This document shows positions 24,001 through 38,964 of a stretch of 64,000 bases of DNA, in pieces. The translations under genes were made by a program, and so were the position numbers. Source of the stretch: Eukaryota sp. GEM-RC1. Lineage: Eukaryota. Each line of letters opens with the position of its first letter. The first letter of the stretch is position 1. Location of the stretch: positions 496,001 to 560,000 of the forward strand of contig JAUFOQ010000004.1 of NCBI GenBank assembly GCA_040285855.1, read 5' to 3'. The notes under the pieces were generated by a model. It saw only the letters and a program-made list of their open reading frames with translations, did no database searches and had not been told where the DNA came from.

Positions 24001-27000
24001 AGTTGTACAAATTGACGATCAATTTCAAAGGAAAAGAAGTATCAAAATACGAAATCTCAAATAAAAGTCCACAACTAGCTTCTAAATCCCCAAATAATTC
24101 AACATTTAAAACACCCAAAAGAGAGCTTTGTTCTAGAATGTCGCAATGACCAGTACTTGAGATCAAAATCCTATAATTTGGGTCAAAGAAATCAACAACA
24201 AAAGAATGCACATGTTTGATCTGGAAATGTAGAGGAATTTGATTTGCAGCAAAAATTTTAATGAAAGTTACATTCATAACTTCTTCTTTGTGTTTCAAAG
24301 TTATTACTGGAAATTCTTGAAACAGTTCAAATTGATTAATACCCTTTTCAAGAACAAAAGATTGTGCACCGTGAACTAGGAGTAGGTTTGATACATCTTG
24401 TAATAATATCATTTCTATTGTAGAAAACGGTCCAACAAACGGGGGTATAATGACAAAATTTCCAAGAGTACAATTTAAATGTAGATCGATTAGTCCAGAA
24501 CTAATTAAGCCAAATGCTGAATAATTACCAACAGTTTTAAAGAATACAGAAAAAGTAATATAATCTTGACCAATTGCAACTAAATCAGACGACACATTCT
24601 GGAAAGTAAAACTGTGTTCGAGAGAAGAGGTGCTATAAGTATGTATACCCATGATTTCAAGAGTAACTGTAGAAACAACAGGATGACCAAACCATTGGAT
24701 AAACCGGGGAGATACAGAGACTGCTTCAGCAATAAAAGGAAGGTTTCTAATAGCAGAACATCCATTACTATTACACAACTGAGGGTGGTCGAAGTTACCA
24801 GCCAGCGAGGACATGTAAGAGATTCGATATGTACTAAAAGAAGAACTATGGTCCACAATCTGGATAAAAGGAAGACTTGAACTTAATTGATAAGTAGTCA
24901 AGTCAATATCAACCTCTTCAGAAGAAACAAAGATTTCGCAAGGAAAATTAATGAAACAAATAGAAGAAGTGTTGATAACTTTGAAAGAAGTGACGTGAAC
25001 AGAGAGAACTTGGAGTAATACAGGGGGTAAATGAATAACTGCAGAAAATTGAAATTTGTTGAAAAGTGGCCCAGTTGTTATTTCAATTTCATCTTCATTC
25101 AGAATAGTAAAGTTGGCTTGAGTACCGGAAACAGTAATGTGAGCACCATCAAAACAGGCAAGTGCTGATCCTAAATAAACTCCCGTCAATCGTAGATCCG
25201 ATCCAGATGACGGTAACATTCGAGGTGAAAAGATGAGATTTGGAACATGGGGAAATATTTGTAAATAGTTCGTGGTTTGATTTCCAACGACAAGAAAAAC
25301 ATCAACAACAACTGAATCAACAGAACAAACATGAGGAATATAGACAACAATTTCATCATGTGATTGACATAATATTATTGTGGAATTGAAGACACTTGAG
25401 AGGGAAAAGAAGTCGAAAGAAGTGGATAAATCAGATCCTGTCAATACTAAATTACCACTCAAATGAAACTGAAGAGGAGAAACATTGAAAAGAACAGGCT
25501 TTTTAAAGCAAACATGGAAAAAAAATTCTAATAAATCAGTTGACCTAGATAGGATGATGACGTGACAGCCATGACCAGGGTCAAGATCCAAAACTACTTC
25601 CCTGTGATTCAAGGGTAAATACTCTAAGCTTTGATTGAATCCTAGAGAGTCAGAAGAGATGATTAAAGGAGAAAATCCCAGATTAAAAGCAAAGAGACTG
25701 GTGATACCACCAATAGTTGATGGTACAAAAGAAATGAGGTCAATGGAACAAATAGTAACAACTAATTGGTCAAGGAAATCTAATTGTTGAAGAGATATGT
25801 TAACTACAACATGTGGAAAAGTGGAGTCTAAAGAATACACATTTGAAAAAGTTAGATTCAAATAATCTCGGTCATAGACAAAGTCCAAATCATTGTTGCT
25901 TTCAATTGTCACTCCATTTGATTCCATTTGGTCCACGTTTTTCAAATAGAATGACACGTGGCACATAGACGTGTTGCAGCAGTGTGTAGAAGGAGAAATT
26001 GAAATAATTGATGTAAGACGAGATATATCAATCAGTACAACTCCACTGGAGATTGTTGATTCATCAGAAATCGTGATTGATTTGGTCACAATTGTATTAT
26101 TTAAGGGGAACTCCAAGGTTGCATTCAACACAGATATTGTAGAAACAAAAGTTACCAAATCATTATTAAGTATACTAAAGTTAGAATCCTGAATAACTAA
26201 AGATTGAATGAAGGCATTATCTATTACCAAATGACCATCATGATATTGGTCAATTTCAAGAACGTCAACACTTGTGCTTTGGTCAATAGTAATAATTCCT
26301 CCAGATACTTCAGAAATCAAAACAGAATAAACAATTGAATTTGATAAGGAAATGTTACCAAGATTCTGGCAAATAATTAGCTTTTCAACACGAGCTGATT
26401 CAAACATCAACCTGGCTCCAGTTAAAACATAGACACAGCCTTGGAAATTGAAAGTACCAGAGACAATTGTATCATTGAGAACACGGAACTTGCCGCCAAT
26501 ATCTCCCGTTGTAAGAGAGTCTTCATTGAAGAAAACAGGTCCATTGATTTCTACCACAGCATTAGAATTGATATAAACTTGAGAGGATATAGTAGACTCA
26601 CAATCTTGAAACAAAAATCCTCGAGTGAATGTCAACAATACCATTAAAAAGACTACCCATTTCAAAGACAAGAGTTCCCCTTTCAACAGTAAGAATATTT
26701 TCAACAGAGAACTTAGCATCACAGCCCTTCAAAAACACAGAAGATTCAGACTTGGAAAGAAAGTTGGAGGTGGTGATGCTACAACTAGAAGTTCCAACAA
26801 TGATACCTTCAGAAAATAAAGCATTCGTGAAGAATAGAAAGGCATCGCAAATCTTATCTTCACTTTCTCCTAGTATAAATGATTCAGTTGTTGAAGTAAA
26901 ACCATGAGTTCCACTAAACATTCCACCAGTCCAATGGAGTTCTGAGACTGACCAAGGAGAGTTACTGATTACTGAGCCATTTAAGAATTGAAAGTGATTG

Positions 27001-30000
27001 ATTAAAGAGAGACTAGAAGAATTACTGGAAATCATTAAAGTACCACCTGTTTGAACAAATTTGTCAATGAAGAAATCCATGGAAACGTTCAAAATTGAAA
27101 TAAAACCAGAGTTCAAATAAAAAGTAGTGGGAGATTGGACTATCGATGTACTGCTATCAAAAATGATATCACAGGATCTACAATCAAAAGTAAAGGGAAC
27201 ATTATTCCAAGAAATAAGAGAGTGATTTCTAAATATTACAGAAGCATTGGCCAATGTCGTTAGTTTGCTTGAGTCAAATATAACGTCACAATGGTCAAAT
27301 ATAAGTTCTCTTGTAACAACAAACTCTGAACCAAAGTGCTGATGATAGAGTCCAGCAAATTCTGCAGTTGCCACGTGTTCAAATTTAGTAGAAAAAGGTT
27401 GAACGATCCAGTATTAAATTGGGTTATTGACCATTGGAATAGAATGTATTCATTAAAGACACTGACATCACCATGATTGAACAATAGAGCCGCGGAATCA
27501 GAATCATTCACACGTGTCATCCAATGACCTTCAATCAAATCTAATTGTCCATCATTTATGACAATAGCACTTTCCATGCCAGTAACATTAGAAGAACTGT
27601 CATTTTCAATTAAAGTATAATCAAAATCTTCGTTTAAGGGATATGACAATCTGGAAATTATAGACATTTTACCATCTTTTCCTATAAAAGTAGAACTTGC
27701 GGGTCCAAAAGTTCCACCACTACCCAAGACAATCTCCCCTGAAATAACATGTGTAGAACCATAATTGGCAAAGTACAACTCATTGTACAACTCAGTAGAA
27801 AAAGAGACCACGGTACCATTGTTGTGGAATAAAGAATTGTTATCAATTGAAGTATCATACAGAAAAACAAGATCTAAAAATTGCATTTGAGACTCCAGCT
27901 CATTGACAATTGTTCCTTGATCTGCATAAACACTGACAAGTCCACGGAAGATGACGTGACCACGATTGACGAGACGTGATCCAGGCAACATCACTCGGTT
28001 TTCATCAAAGTCATCTTCACACAAACCAAAGTCCAATATAAAGTAATTAGTGGAAGGTCCAAAACCACCGCCTTGCCAATTCAAAAGTTTTAAAAGATGA
28101 ACTTCATCATATCCATGGACCATTCCAGCAATGAGATTAAGAGTAGAAATGTTAACAATAGTATGAGTGTTGAAGGTGACGTCACCATTTTGACACGTAA
28201 CAACTCCAAGAGGAACCATCTGATCAACATCTCTAAAGATAGCATTACCAGTTTCAACTGTCAAGTCAAACTGGTGATTTAGGAAAGCGTCGTCATCAAA
28301 GATTAATGTACCATTTCTAACAAATACGTCATCATTTGAGTTGAAACTACCTTGAATATAGACTACAGTATCATGAAAGAGGGAGACTTGACCATTGGCA
28401 TAGAAGTTTGAATTGGGACCAATTAAAGAAGTTTTCGAATTAGAAGCAAACCAAATTGCACCCAGACTACCAACATTAAAATTACCATTGCCAGAGAGAT
28501 ATGAAAAAGCTTCCACTGTTCCAAAGTTAACATTAAGTTCTCCGTTAACAGTAATTCCCCAACAAGAACTCACGATTTCGACTGAAGAATCAATTATGAT
28601 CTCTCCATTGATGATAAGCTCAGAATCACATACGCAGGGGTCAACAATCAAAGTTGTAGAGCTGGTTCGACATGAAAAAGCACCATTAATAACAAAACGC
28701 AGGTTACCAGTTTCAGAAACAATAATCTTACTGTTACCAAATCCATTCAGGTGACCAACTGACTGCCACGTCATTTGATCATGGAGAATGATTGTGACCC
28801 CATCACGAATTCTCCTATCATAATTACCAACAAACTCAAAGTCTGAATACATATCAACAACTATTTCACCAGAGAATCCTCCCCCAGACCAAACAAAGCT
28901 ACCTTCATCAGCAGTAGAACTAATTAAGAAATCATCTCCATAACCAACAATTTCAGCGTTTCCAGTTAAAAGACCATCACCATCAAAAGTGATGAGACCT
29001 TGACCAGTTGAAAATTTCATAATTGAATTCTCGTCCAATTCAAATCCTCGAACAGGTCCTAAGTCATTATCTAAAGCATCAAAGTGGAGTATAGCAGTTC
29101 CATCGAGACGAATACGTTTAATATTTAAATCAATGGCTCCAGTGAAGGTCACTGTACCAATAGAATAGGAAAGTTCTGTCATTTCAAACTGGCCCCTGAA
29201 AACTACATTAACTTCTTCATGAACAGGTTGAAAGGTACCAACAGGGGGTTTATAAGGCCCTTCTGTGATAATTTCAGATAGTCTTGAGACTTCATAAAAC
29301 TCAAATCTAGATGAAGATGATGCTTGATTGAACAGAAGATGAGAGTTTTCTCGAACAAGAAAGTGGCCGTAGAAATCTAATTGATTGCTGAAAGTGATTG
29401 ATCCACCCACGTGATCTAAGAGTGAGTTTTGATTGAAATCAACCCAGACAGATAAATCACGTTGAAAGAAGCCTTCAGTTGTGACAGTGGAATCAATAAA
29501 GTTAAGTCGATGGTCAGTCCCAGTGAACATTGCAGCTCTCATAGTTGATGTACCACGAATATTGATTGATGACGTATCACTTAAAGTAACCCAATTAGAT
29601 GTGTCAATTCTTAGGTGGGAAGTACCTAGGAAATTGAGGATAGAATCGTGTAGTAATTGTTTTTGATTGGGATTGGGATTTGAAGGGAGCGTTGAGGAAC
29701 AAGTTTGAATAAAACCATAACCTTGTACATGAATTGTGCCACTAACTCCATCACTATCACCTTCAATTCTGCCACATCTCCAAACGAAACTATCTACAAT
29801 TATAGTATCACTTCCAGAAAGAGTTCCTCCATCAACAATGAGACTATTGAAATGAAGGTCATTACCAGTACTAAATTCAACTTTGCCATCATATAGCTCA
29901 ATATCTGTGTAGTCAGGTGCTTCAGAACTGCTTGTGTAGAGAACAAGTTCGTCGGTACTCAAAATCAACATTTTTGGGGGAGTTTCAGGTTCTATTATAT

Positions 30001-33000
30001 CAAATACTGAGTCATCAGAAGCAGAAAAGCTATCAAAATTCCAATCACCTGAAGCAGAACGTGATCTGTCAATTGTAACATGAACACTGTCTTTAAGTTC
30101 AACATCTTTGAAATTCAGAAATGCTTGTGGACCAAATATCCAAAGACCCCTAGATTGAGCAAATAAAGTGGAGAATTCCCAACGACCATTAAAGAAAATT
30201 CTGTGGCCTTCAGATGACATCCACCAAGAAACTCCAATATTTCCTGATCCGAAAGTTCTAACAGTCGAGTCAAATTCGTGGTTTGAGTTGCCAAGCTCAA
30301 GTCTAGACCCAGTATTAAAAACGTAGTCCCCAGTACTGTGAGAGTGAGCGCTAAAGTGAATGGTAGCATCTTGTGCGATAGTTAATAAATTTCGTTGATG
30401 AATTTTAAAACTACACCGGACAACAGACCCTTCATTAGGTACAATGACGTGACCATCGTTGTGAATATTAGCTTCAGTAGGACCATAACCAGAGTGTCTG
30501 ACACGTTGAACATTACTAATGAAGTTAACAATCGCATCAGGATATATATACCAATGAATTGAATTTGTAATTGCAAACATACCAGGACCTCCAAGATAAG
30601 CCAAAGAATGAATATACAAATACCCAAACCCGTGGAAGGCTTTGTTAAGATTGGTAACGGAATACAAAGTTCCCAATACATCCAATTGACCGATTGCAAA
30701 TGTACCTCCTTGCCACCTCAAATCAGAAATTTTAAAATTGTCAGTGGAATATATTGCAGACAGATTAACAAAAACACCGGGAGTCCCGCCTGAATATCCG
30801 ATAGAAGGTAAACAAAGGAATTCTATGTTGCTATACCACGAAGGATACGTCATGTTGATGAAGTTAAGAGAGACTGTATGTCCAGTGTCGAAGTCAAGAT
30901 ATCCCCCGTTAAGAACAAATCCCTCTGCAACTAGAGGTGTAAATAGATTCTTGATTCTGAAAGCACCATTCCCTTCGATTAAAGTGACAGACGTGTTCAA
31001 AGTGTGTCGTTGATCAATTATTTCAAGATAGCCCCCATTAATGTAGAGATCAACGAATTCTAGAGCATAGCGGGACTCTTTGATAAGTAAACGACCACAA
31101 CGATTAAGTACGTTGCCAGAGAATTCATAAACATCACCAGGAATAAGATGCAATACCTGGGCACGAAGGAAGTGAACATCACAGTTTTGTAGAGTCCAAT
31201 TAGTAACAGAAACACGTGCAGTGTCTAAAAATTGAAGACGTCCATGGTTTTGAATGTGATGGATATCCAAATCAAAAATTCCAGCAAACCTAACCCAAGC
31301 TCCATCAGTTTGGAAGTTAACGTGACAAGTAGGGCAAGAAATAGCAGAGTTGGAAGTAAATTCATGATAAGTTCTAGATGAGAAGCTATGGCCCATGTCT
31401 GAATTGAAATTAAGCGTGCAATCAAAACATAGTGTTATGTTACTATCAACTAAACCTCCACCTCTTCCAAGGGAGAGAGTTCCGTCATTGACCTTATTGA
31501 CTGTATTTGCCATGATGTCAACTTCCCAATTAATCAATCTGACTGAGTTAAACTCTGTAAAGAGGAAAGTGTCGGTGTTTCTGATTAATGGAAAGATGTT
31601 ACCAAATCCTGTCATTGTTGTAGTAAAGTGGAAATCTCCTAGAAACAAGCTTTCTTTAGAAAGTTCAAGTAAAGCACCATGTTGACCATGAATCGTTCCA
31701 CCTTCAACATCAATAGTAGTAGAATTAGATCCAATTAACTGACAACTTTGCATAATCTTGTTCTGAGAAGTTGTCATCATCAGAGAAACAACGACTCAGT
31801 TCTACCATCTTGAAACCAGCCAGCCTGATAGTCAATTCCAAAGTAAACAATAGCTGGGTCACGGCCATCTCTACCAACATTAACTCCGTCAATAAGTAAA
31901 TGATCGATATGAACAGTTTTTGTGGAATTCAAACGAAGTCTTCCGTGAGTTATTTGAAGATCAAATAGCACTGGTTCAAAATCAAAGTATCGCAATTCTA
32001 CTCTGGAGTTTCCAGAAATTGAGAAAGGAGGACAGTCGAAAATAGTTGCAATATCACGGAATAAAAAGTTTGTTCCACGAGACTTAAAGTCCGATAGAAT
32101 TACTGCTGGGGTGTTACGGACTTCAAAGTAACCTCCGTTACCCAGAAGTAAACCAAAGTGACAGTGAGTGCCAGCATTGCGGAATTGAGAGTTAGAAGAA
32201 GATCTAAAGACTGCGTCATCAACAAAGATGGTGTTAGTGTCTTCAACTAACAGTGTACCAGTAGTATCAAGAGAGCTAATATTAAAGAAATCTGTACCAT
32301 CTGTAAAAGTGTTAGATCCGGATTCTATTTGAAAGATTTTTACAGAGGAGTGTAGATAGTGTTGGACTGTCAAAGATCCTCTAGATAATAAAGTTTGAGA
32401 AACTATAAACTTGTTTAAATTAGAGAGAGCAACGGATCCATCGAGAGCTGTTTCAAAATTAGTGAAAAAGAATCCCCACCAATGTTATCAGCAGTAACTG
32501 TTGCTTTCGAGCAGCGGAATTGTTCATTGACAATAAAGCGATTACCAATATTAGATATTGAAACTTGTGAACACGAAGTAAAAAAAGACGATGCTTCAAA
32601 CACTTGTTCAGCATAAAGATCAACACCTATATCAGAAATCGTCACCTTTCCATGAATCATGAAGGATTCAGGAGTGTAAAGGGAATGTCCAATGTGACCA
32701 ATGACGATATTATTATTACATTGCAAGGTAAATCCTTGAAAGAAGACAAGCCATTGACCAATATCAGTGACAGATGCTGAAGCTCTGTCTTCGAACAGGA
32801 AATCTCCTCTTATTGTAGTATTCATTCCTACAGTTTGAGCAACAAATGATGAGTCATCTGATGCACTGATGGTATCAAAGTCAAGGAAATGGCCCACGTT
32901 CTTAATAGAGAAAGTACCTTCAGAATTCAAGAATATTTCCTTGAAATCTGCATTGTCTCTAACATCATCGATAGTGAAACTTCCACCCAAAACGGCAACA

Positions 33001-34946
33001 TTTCCTACATTCAAATCATTACCAACAGAGTTAAATTCAAAACGACCAGAAGCAGAAACTTCAATGTCATCAACATAAGCAGAGTGTGTAACGTCATCAA
33101 TTACGAAACTTCCGTCATTACTAACAGAGATTTTAGGTAGATTGACATTGAGAAATTCTTGGAACAAAAGTGTACCTGAATTAACAGTAATTGGGTCAAG
33201 AAAATTAACATCATTATAAACACGGAGAAATCCAAGATGTCCGTTATCAATATTGAAATTATGAATAGAAGTATTTCTAAACAAATCTATAAATTCAAGA
33301 CGAGACCAACCTGAGATAGAAACAGACTCTAAATCCCAATCTAATTCAAAATCATCAGTATTGGTATAAACATACACTCGAGCAATTGACATGACTGAGA
33401 TTGAACTGATTGTGAACGTGGAAGTTTCTCTAAAGTAGAAGTAACCAAAATGAACAGCAAGGTCAGGGTTTAGTTGCCAAACACCATGGAAACTGACAGT
33501 AGGTCGTGAGCTGACATAGTGAGGTGATTGGCTTCCTTCAAGAGAAGTCAAGGGACCAATCAACTCTGATGACTCATCAAAGTGATAGGTTCCATGGTCT
33601 TGTAAAATCAATCTAGAAGTACCCAAAAATTCAATTCTACCAGAAACTTCACATCCATTTCTAAGAAAAAGATTAGTGGAAGTTACATTAAGCTCATTAC
33701 TCATTATGAACTTAGGCTCAAAAACTAAATCACAATCAAAAGCTGTAGACTTGCCTAAAAGATTCACAGAAGAGAGCAAATCAGCAGAATGATCATGTTG
33801 TAAAAAACTAGTATGTCCAAGAAATTCTGATACTGATGAAGAGCTCAAATGCAAGTGAGAATCACCATCAAAATTGATAACACAATCATCCGTAAATAAA
33901 ACTAAAAACTCTATTGTTAGTGTTGACTCCTGTAGAGTTTTAATCCGATCAGAAGCAATATAGCAACTTGCATCAACAGTAGTCACTACATTTGCTTGAT
34001 CTATGGTACCTTCATACCAATGAAACTCATCAGTTACAGTAATTGAAGCTCCACCAGTGAGAGTTGATCCACCATCAATGGTTAAGTTTTGAACAATGAC
34101 GTTTTCATCGTTAAACTCAGTTATCCCTTCAATCATAATGATTGAAGGAAGTTCCACAGTATTGCTTTGGGTTAGAGATGATCCTGATTGGAAGTAAAGG
34201 TGTGGCAGACTCAATAACTAAATGACCAAAGATATGAAAAGAACCAGTAGCAGAAACTAAATAAGAACTAATGAAAGTGAGAATTCCTGAAGAGACTAAA
34301 ACTGAACCATCATTTGAAAGGGAATGGAAATAACAAGATCGGCGTTGTCATCAACTAGGAGTAAGCCATAATTGAAGAACAAGGAAGTTTCTGGGGATGG
34401 AGAAAGGTGATAGTCTGAGAGTGAAATGATGGTAGAAGAAACAATAGAGATGCTACCAGTATTTGTGATTGATCCTTGACCATGTAGTTGAAGAAGCAAA
34501 GAAGAAGAAGAAGAGTGAGAAAAAGTCAAAGATCCAGAATTGTGAAGAGGGATCTGTATGACTTTGACTGTAGTAGAAGAAAAGACGCTGTCACCTGTGC
34601 AAGATAATGTACCAGCTCCAGCGATGGAACCTGACACAAAATGAAGATCCTGAACATGGAGATCTACTGAACTCAGTTGTAGATGAAAAGCACAATCTTC
34701 AGAACCAATTTGAAGGAAAGATAGTGACATCGGAGTAGGAAGATCAATAGTTGAAACAGGGCATGAATCAAGATAGACACGATCACCATAAGTTGGTACA
34801 CCATTTGACCAGCAATGCAGATCGACCCAGTCTCCAGTACAATCAGAGGGGTCAAAAGATGTGTCTTTAAATGAGTTACAGTGGATAATTGGTATGAAGC
34901 ACAAGGTCATGATGCATATAAGTATCAATGAGCTTATTGTTGCCAT
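21003..34946 (-). CDS. Giant (~4600 aa) secreted/cell-surface multi-pass protein: signal peptide, beta-helix-like repeats, IPT/TIG-like, Cys-rich GCC2/GCC3-like repeats, C-terminal TM bundle; split by ~10 frameshifts
   Basis: Abutting ORFs join by single-base shifts with no intervening stops; signal MATISSLILICIMTLCFIPIIHC; recurrent W(T/S/Q)GG motifs; KPVLFNVSP...LVLTGSDL; CAPCPVNYYS...C..CP; hydrophobic C-terminus. Confidence 0.8.
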
Positions 34947-35416
34947 TGGTATTACAGAAAAAGGGGAGAAAAGAAGAGATTTGGGCAAAGATTTGAAAAG
35001 GGTAATTTTTTTGGAATTCATCTTTTACTTATCAAAATATCAACTACTGATCGACTGTTCTCCGCGAAACCAAGAACTTCTTCTCTCACCTGCAATGCTG
35101 CACCCCGCAAAGATGAAACACACATCATTCCACTTTTGTTCTCAAAATCCCACTTTCAGGTAGATATTACTGAAAGACCGACACACGTACATGAAACCAC
35201 AACTTAAATATAATTGATCTTTCCGGTTATTAGGAGCTGAATGCTGACAGTTTACGGTGTTGCTGGCATCAATATTAATTCCAAGTATTAGAAAAGAGTG
35301 CCAAATTGTAACGTGTTGTAATAAGTACACAATAATTCTAACACGTTAAATTTGGCCCGTTTTCAATTATTAATTAATTATTATTTTTTTGGAATTTTTT
35401 CACTTCTTCTGGAAAA

Positions 35417-36651
35417 CCATAGTTGGTAATCACATATTGTCCAAAATGTGTGATCACAATGTAGTACAAAAAACTACAACTTCACTTAACGTTGTGCTTC
35501 TTCTCACGATGCTCTTTTGTCCAGCTTATTTGGTTTGTATTTATTACACTTAACCAACACTTCCAAATTCAATTATGTAAAGAACTAAAACGTCACCATT
35601 AGTGTTGTCCTCGCTATTGTCCAGCACAGCAAATAACGCTAATCTTTATCGTCAAAACTCACCAAAAACGACACGTTGCTCAATAAATACACATGTTAGC
35701 GCTGGTCAAAAAATGATTCATTCAAAATCAGTGTTTCAGAATTCTGTCTGATTTAACCAATATTTGGTTCATCATAATAGTCACTTCAAAAACTGTAATG
35801 AGACTCTTTGACGCATTCGCATAGTTAATTCTCTAGCGTTTGTTTAATACGTATAAAAATGTCTTGTCGAAATTTTACACGACGAGTTGATTTGTGATTA
35901 CCAATTATCAAAGTTTAAATGGAAAAATAAAACCAAATCCATCATTTGATCTAAATCGGAAAACATCATTTGTGAATGTATTAACAAACACGTAGCTGAG
36001 ACGAGACAAAAATATTTCAACATTTACAATGGGTCAATGACTGACGAAATTGGAGTGCATCCGATTTTCACATGTGCAAAAACCGTTTGTGCTTGTCAGA
36101 TGCAAAGAGAGATTGTGTCCACCTATTTGATTCTCCATGTAAAAAGAGTAATGAAGACGACAATGGAGATTCGATTTGCAAAAATTGGTTAGTGTAATTT
36201 AGAACATTGAAACATTGATTGATATAGCGTTCGAACATTGCATCAATGGCCAATCAAGATGTGCGAATGATCCTATTTCACTCAAGGTTACAAAACGCAG
36301 TACAAATCTGCAGTTGATGTAGATAATGACTTCAACATGTACGTCATGAACTAAATAAATAACTTTTATGATTTCCCTGTTGTACTACTACTAACGATAG
36401 CAGTGGTAATACAGTACAATGTATTACTAATACTTGAAACATTGATTGAACCGACATCTAACACTGAAACATTGATTGGTTCAATTTGAGACATTGGAGT
36501 TGACATTGTTTAAATACCAATCATTGACATTGGCAATCAGTTCAATTATTCCTGGTCCTGGTTTTACATGCAGTTTTTAATATACAAATTACTTATAGAA
36601 ACAAATTTTATTCAGACTTCATGAAGTGATTTGTGTGATTACCAACTATGG
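35417..36651. mobile_element. Non-autonomous DNA element with 18-bp TIRs, containing a nested hAT-like end (CATTG repeats at ~36440-36560)
   Basis: Perfect inverted pair CCATAGTTGGTAATCACA / TGTGATTACCAACTATGG; superfamily unclear. Confidence 0.65.
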
Positions 36652-36876
36652 GTAAAAGCCATAAACTCTTGATTACAACTGAAATGTGTCAGAAGTAGTG
36701 TAGTTGTTTCCAGTATACAGAGGCATGGAGTTGTATTTACCATCTACAGTGAACAGTGTAATTAGTTTGGACCACGCTAATTCTAATTCTTGTTTATTAG
36801 TGTGGTCCACAGTAAATTCAGATATTATCAATTAGTGTAATGCATCAAAAATCAATTTACTGAGCTAAAAAACAAT

Positions 36877-37462
36877 CTACTCGTCAATATCATCATCACC
36901 ATTTTGTTGTTCCTCATCACTGATAGGCCAAGTATCTGGTTTCAATCCTAGAAAGTTTGTTTTGTATTTGTCAATGATAAGTTGGAGATTTGGCTTGAGC
37001 TGTGACTCTTCCCATCTCCCAGTAGTGTTCAATGCAAGACCACATAAGATCATTGCCTTTCTTGGATACGTTAACCCGTCATCATCATGCTGCTCATTCA
37101 GTTTCTGAATGCATCTTGATGCTAGTTCCAGAAAGTATTTCTTACCTGGTTTCTTAAGTTTACCACTTTGTTCCCAATTCCCATTCTCAATCAGAAGTGG
37201 TGTTAAGCTTTTCAATCGCAGCCAGAATGGGTGAACCAAAAACCATGAAGAGTCCATTATTCTCATCATCATTTCTCATCCTCCTTTCCAGCTGTGATAT
37301 CACTGATAGGATCAAAAGGCGCACAGTTGTTTCAATAGTATAGTTTATCAGCAATAAAACCCATACGTTCGTGTAGTAGACGCACGATCTATTTCCCTCG
37401 ATATAGTGACACCCTCTATATAGTGACTGCCGCTGGGGTATCACTATTGAGAGGGTAGACTG
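36877..37462 (-). mobile_element. pogo/Tc1-type element end with a transposase-like C-terminal fragment
   Basis: TA-CAGTCTACCCTC TIR shared with 38965-39919; ORF KLKKPGKKYFLELA...RKAMILCGLAL...W. Confidence 0.6.
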
Positions 37463-37524
37463 TATTTTACTGTAATGATTACAACATGATTTCAGACACT
37501 TTTATACAAAGCACTCAAAATTGA

Positions 37525-38438
37525 TTAGTTGGGTACAGATCCAGCACGTCCGGCAGTGACCATAGATTCAATGTTACATTCATTAACACCACGACGGATA
37601 CGGAAGTGACCTGATTCACCCCATCCAGTTCCCCAGGAGTTAGCAACTAACCAGTACTTTTGACCGTTTTCAACACCCCAACCAATCATCTTGACGGCAT
37701 GTCCACCTTGGAGATAACCAGTTTGATGATGATAGATACCAGATCTGTAGGACATAAAATCGGAGTAGACGGAGAAACCGACTTCAACGGAACCGTACTT
37801 TTGGATTTCAGTCATGATTGCTGATTCAGAAGAGGAAACGTCATAAGCACCAGTAGCCTTGTACATCTTAAGAGCAGATCCGTCTTCACATTGTGAAGGA
37901 CAGGGAGGAACTTGACCGGCACGTCCGGAAACGTATTTCATACATGAATCTTCAACAACACCAGTGGTGGCCATGAATCTCCAAACCTTGTCTAACCAAC
38001 CACCGTTACAGGCCATGTTTGACTTGTCACAGGATACTAACCATTGAGTGGAGAGGACAACCTTCTTGTTTTGAGCGATACAGAATCTATCGGAGAGAGC
38101 CTACGATAAAATGAAAAATGATACTTACCTCAGCAGCACCGAAAGCCCAGCATGAACCACATCGTCCTTGATCACGGATAGAGTAGGAGGGGCATCCAGG
38201 CCATTGTTGGCGGACATCAAAGGATTCAGGGAGATTGGCAACTTCATCAACTTGTTTTGGGAGATTGATGAAGTCTAACTTCAAACCCAAAAGAGAACGC
38301 ATTTCTTCTTGGGTAACACCAACAAATCTGGTTAACACCAGCTACCCATGTGGATGAGGGATCTGAGTTGACAATGGAGACGATTTGTGGATCAGCAAAG
38401 ACCACGGCAACAAGGGCAAAAACAATCAAGAGGTTCAT
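37525..38438 (-). CDS. Cathepsin B-like cysteine protease (papain C1A); 28-nt intron at 38101-38128; frameshift at ~38330
   Basis: Signal peptide, [57 protein letters not shown]...CGTAG intron. Confidence 0.95.
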
Positions 38439-38964
38439 GATGTCAAAAAGTGACACAATCAACCAGGCAACTATTTGTAAACCATCCTGTTCTGAAGTCA
38501 GCTGACCTCTGCTGTTGGTGACTTGTCAATCAGTGTAACAAAATTGTGGATCTAACCTATTCCTTTTAACATTGGAAACAGTGTTAGAGGTTTGGTTAAC
38601 ACTTGTGATCATTGTTGTTCATGTCAACTTGAATGCCTCTTTGAAGAAGGTGTATAAATCGACATTTTAACTCGAATAACTCAAGTCAACAAACTCTTTC
38701 ATTGTTTTCTTCTCTTGACAGAATCGCTCCGTTCGACTTTGACAGAATATTAATTTGGCAATATTGTCGAAAGATGTTCTAAGATCAAGAAATCCTTACA
38801 ACGTATATTTTTGCCAAAAATACCACATATAACAGAAATGACACTTGCAACATCAGTCTTTCAGACCCCAGAGTCTGGAACCTTAAGTTATGGTGCTGTA
38901 ATTGTAGCCAGAATCAGATCCAAATAATAACTTTGATTTATCAAAAGAGAGAAAGTAATTATTA

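Noticed and set aside
16570..31785. Stop-codon reassignment or readthrough as the cause of broken ORFs
   Set aside because: Continuations lie in different frames, not the same frame; TAA, TAG and TGA each end conserved genes (GDH, RPL27, NTH1)
24580..33140. Many short ORFs overlapping the giant gene
   Set aside because: Alternative-frame or antisense shadows of a long coding region
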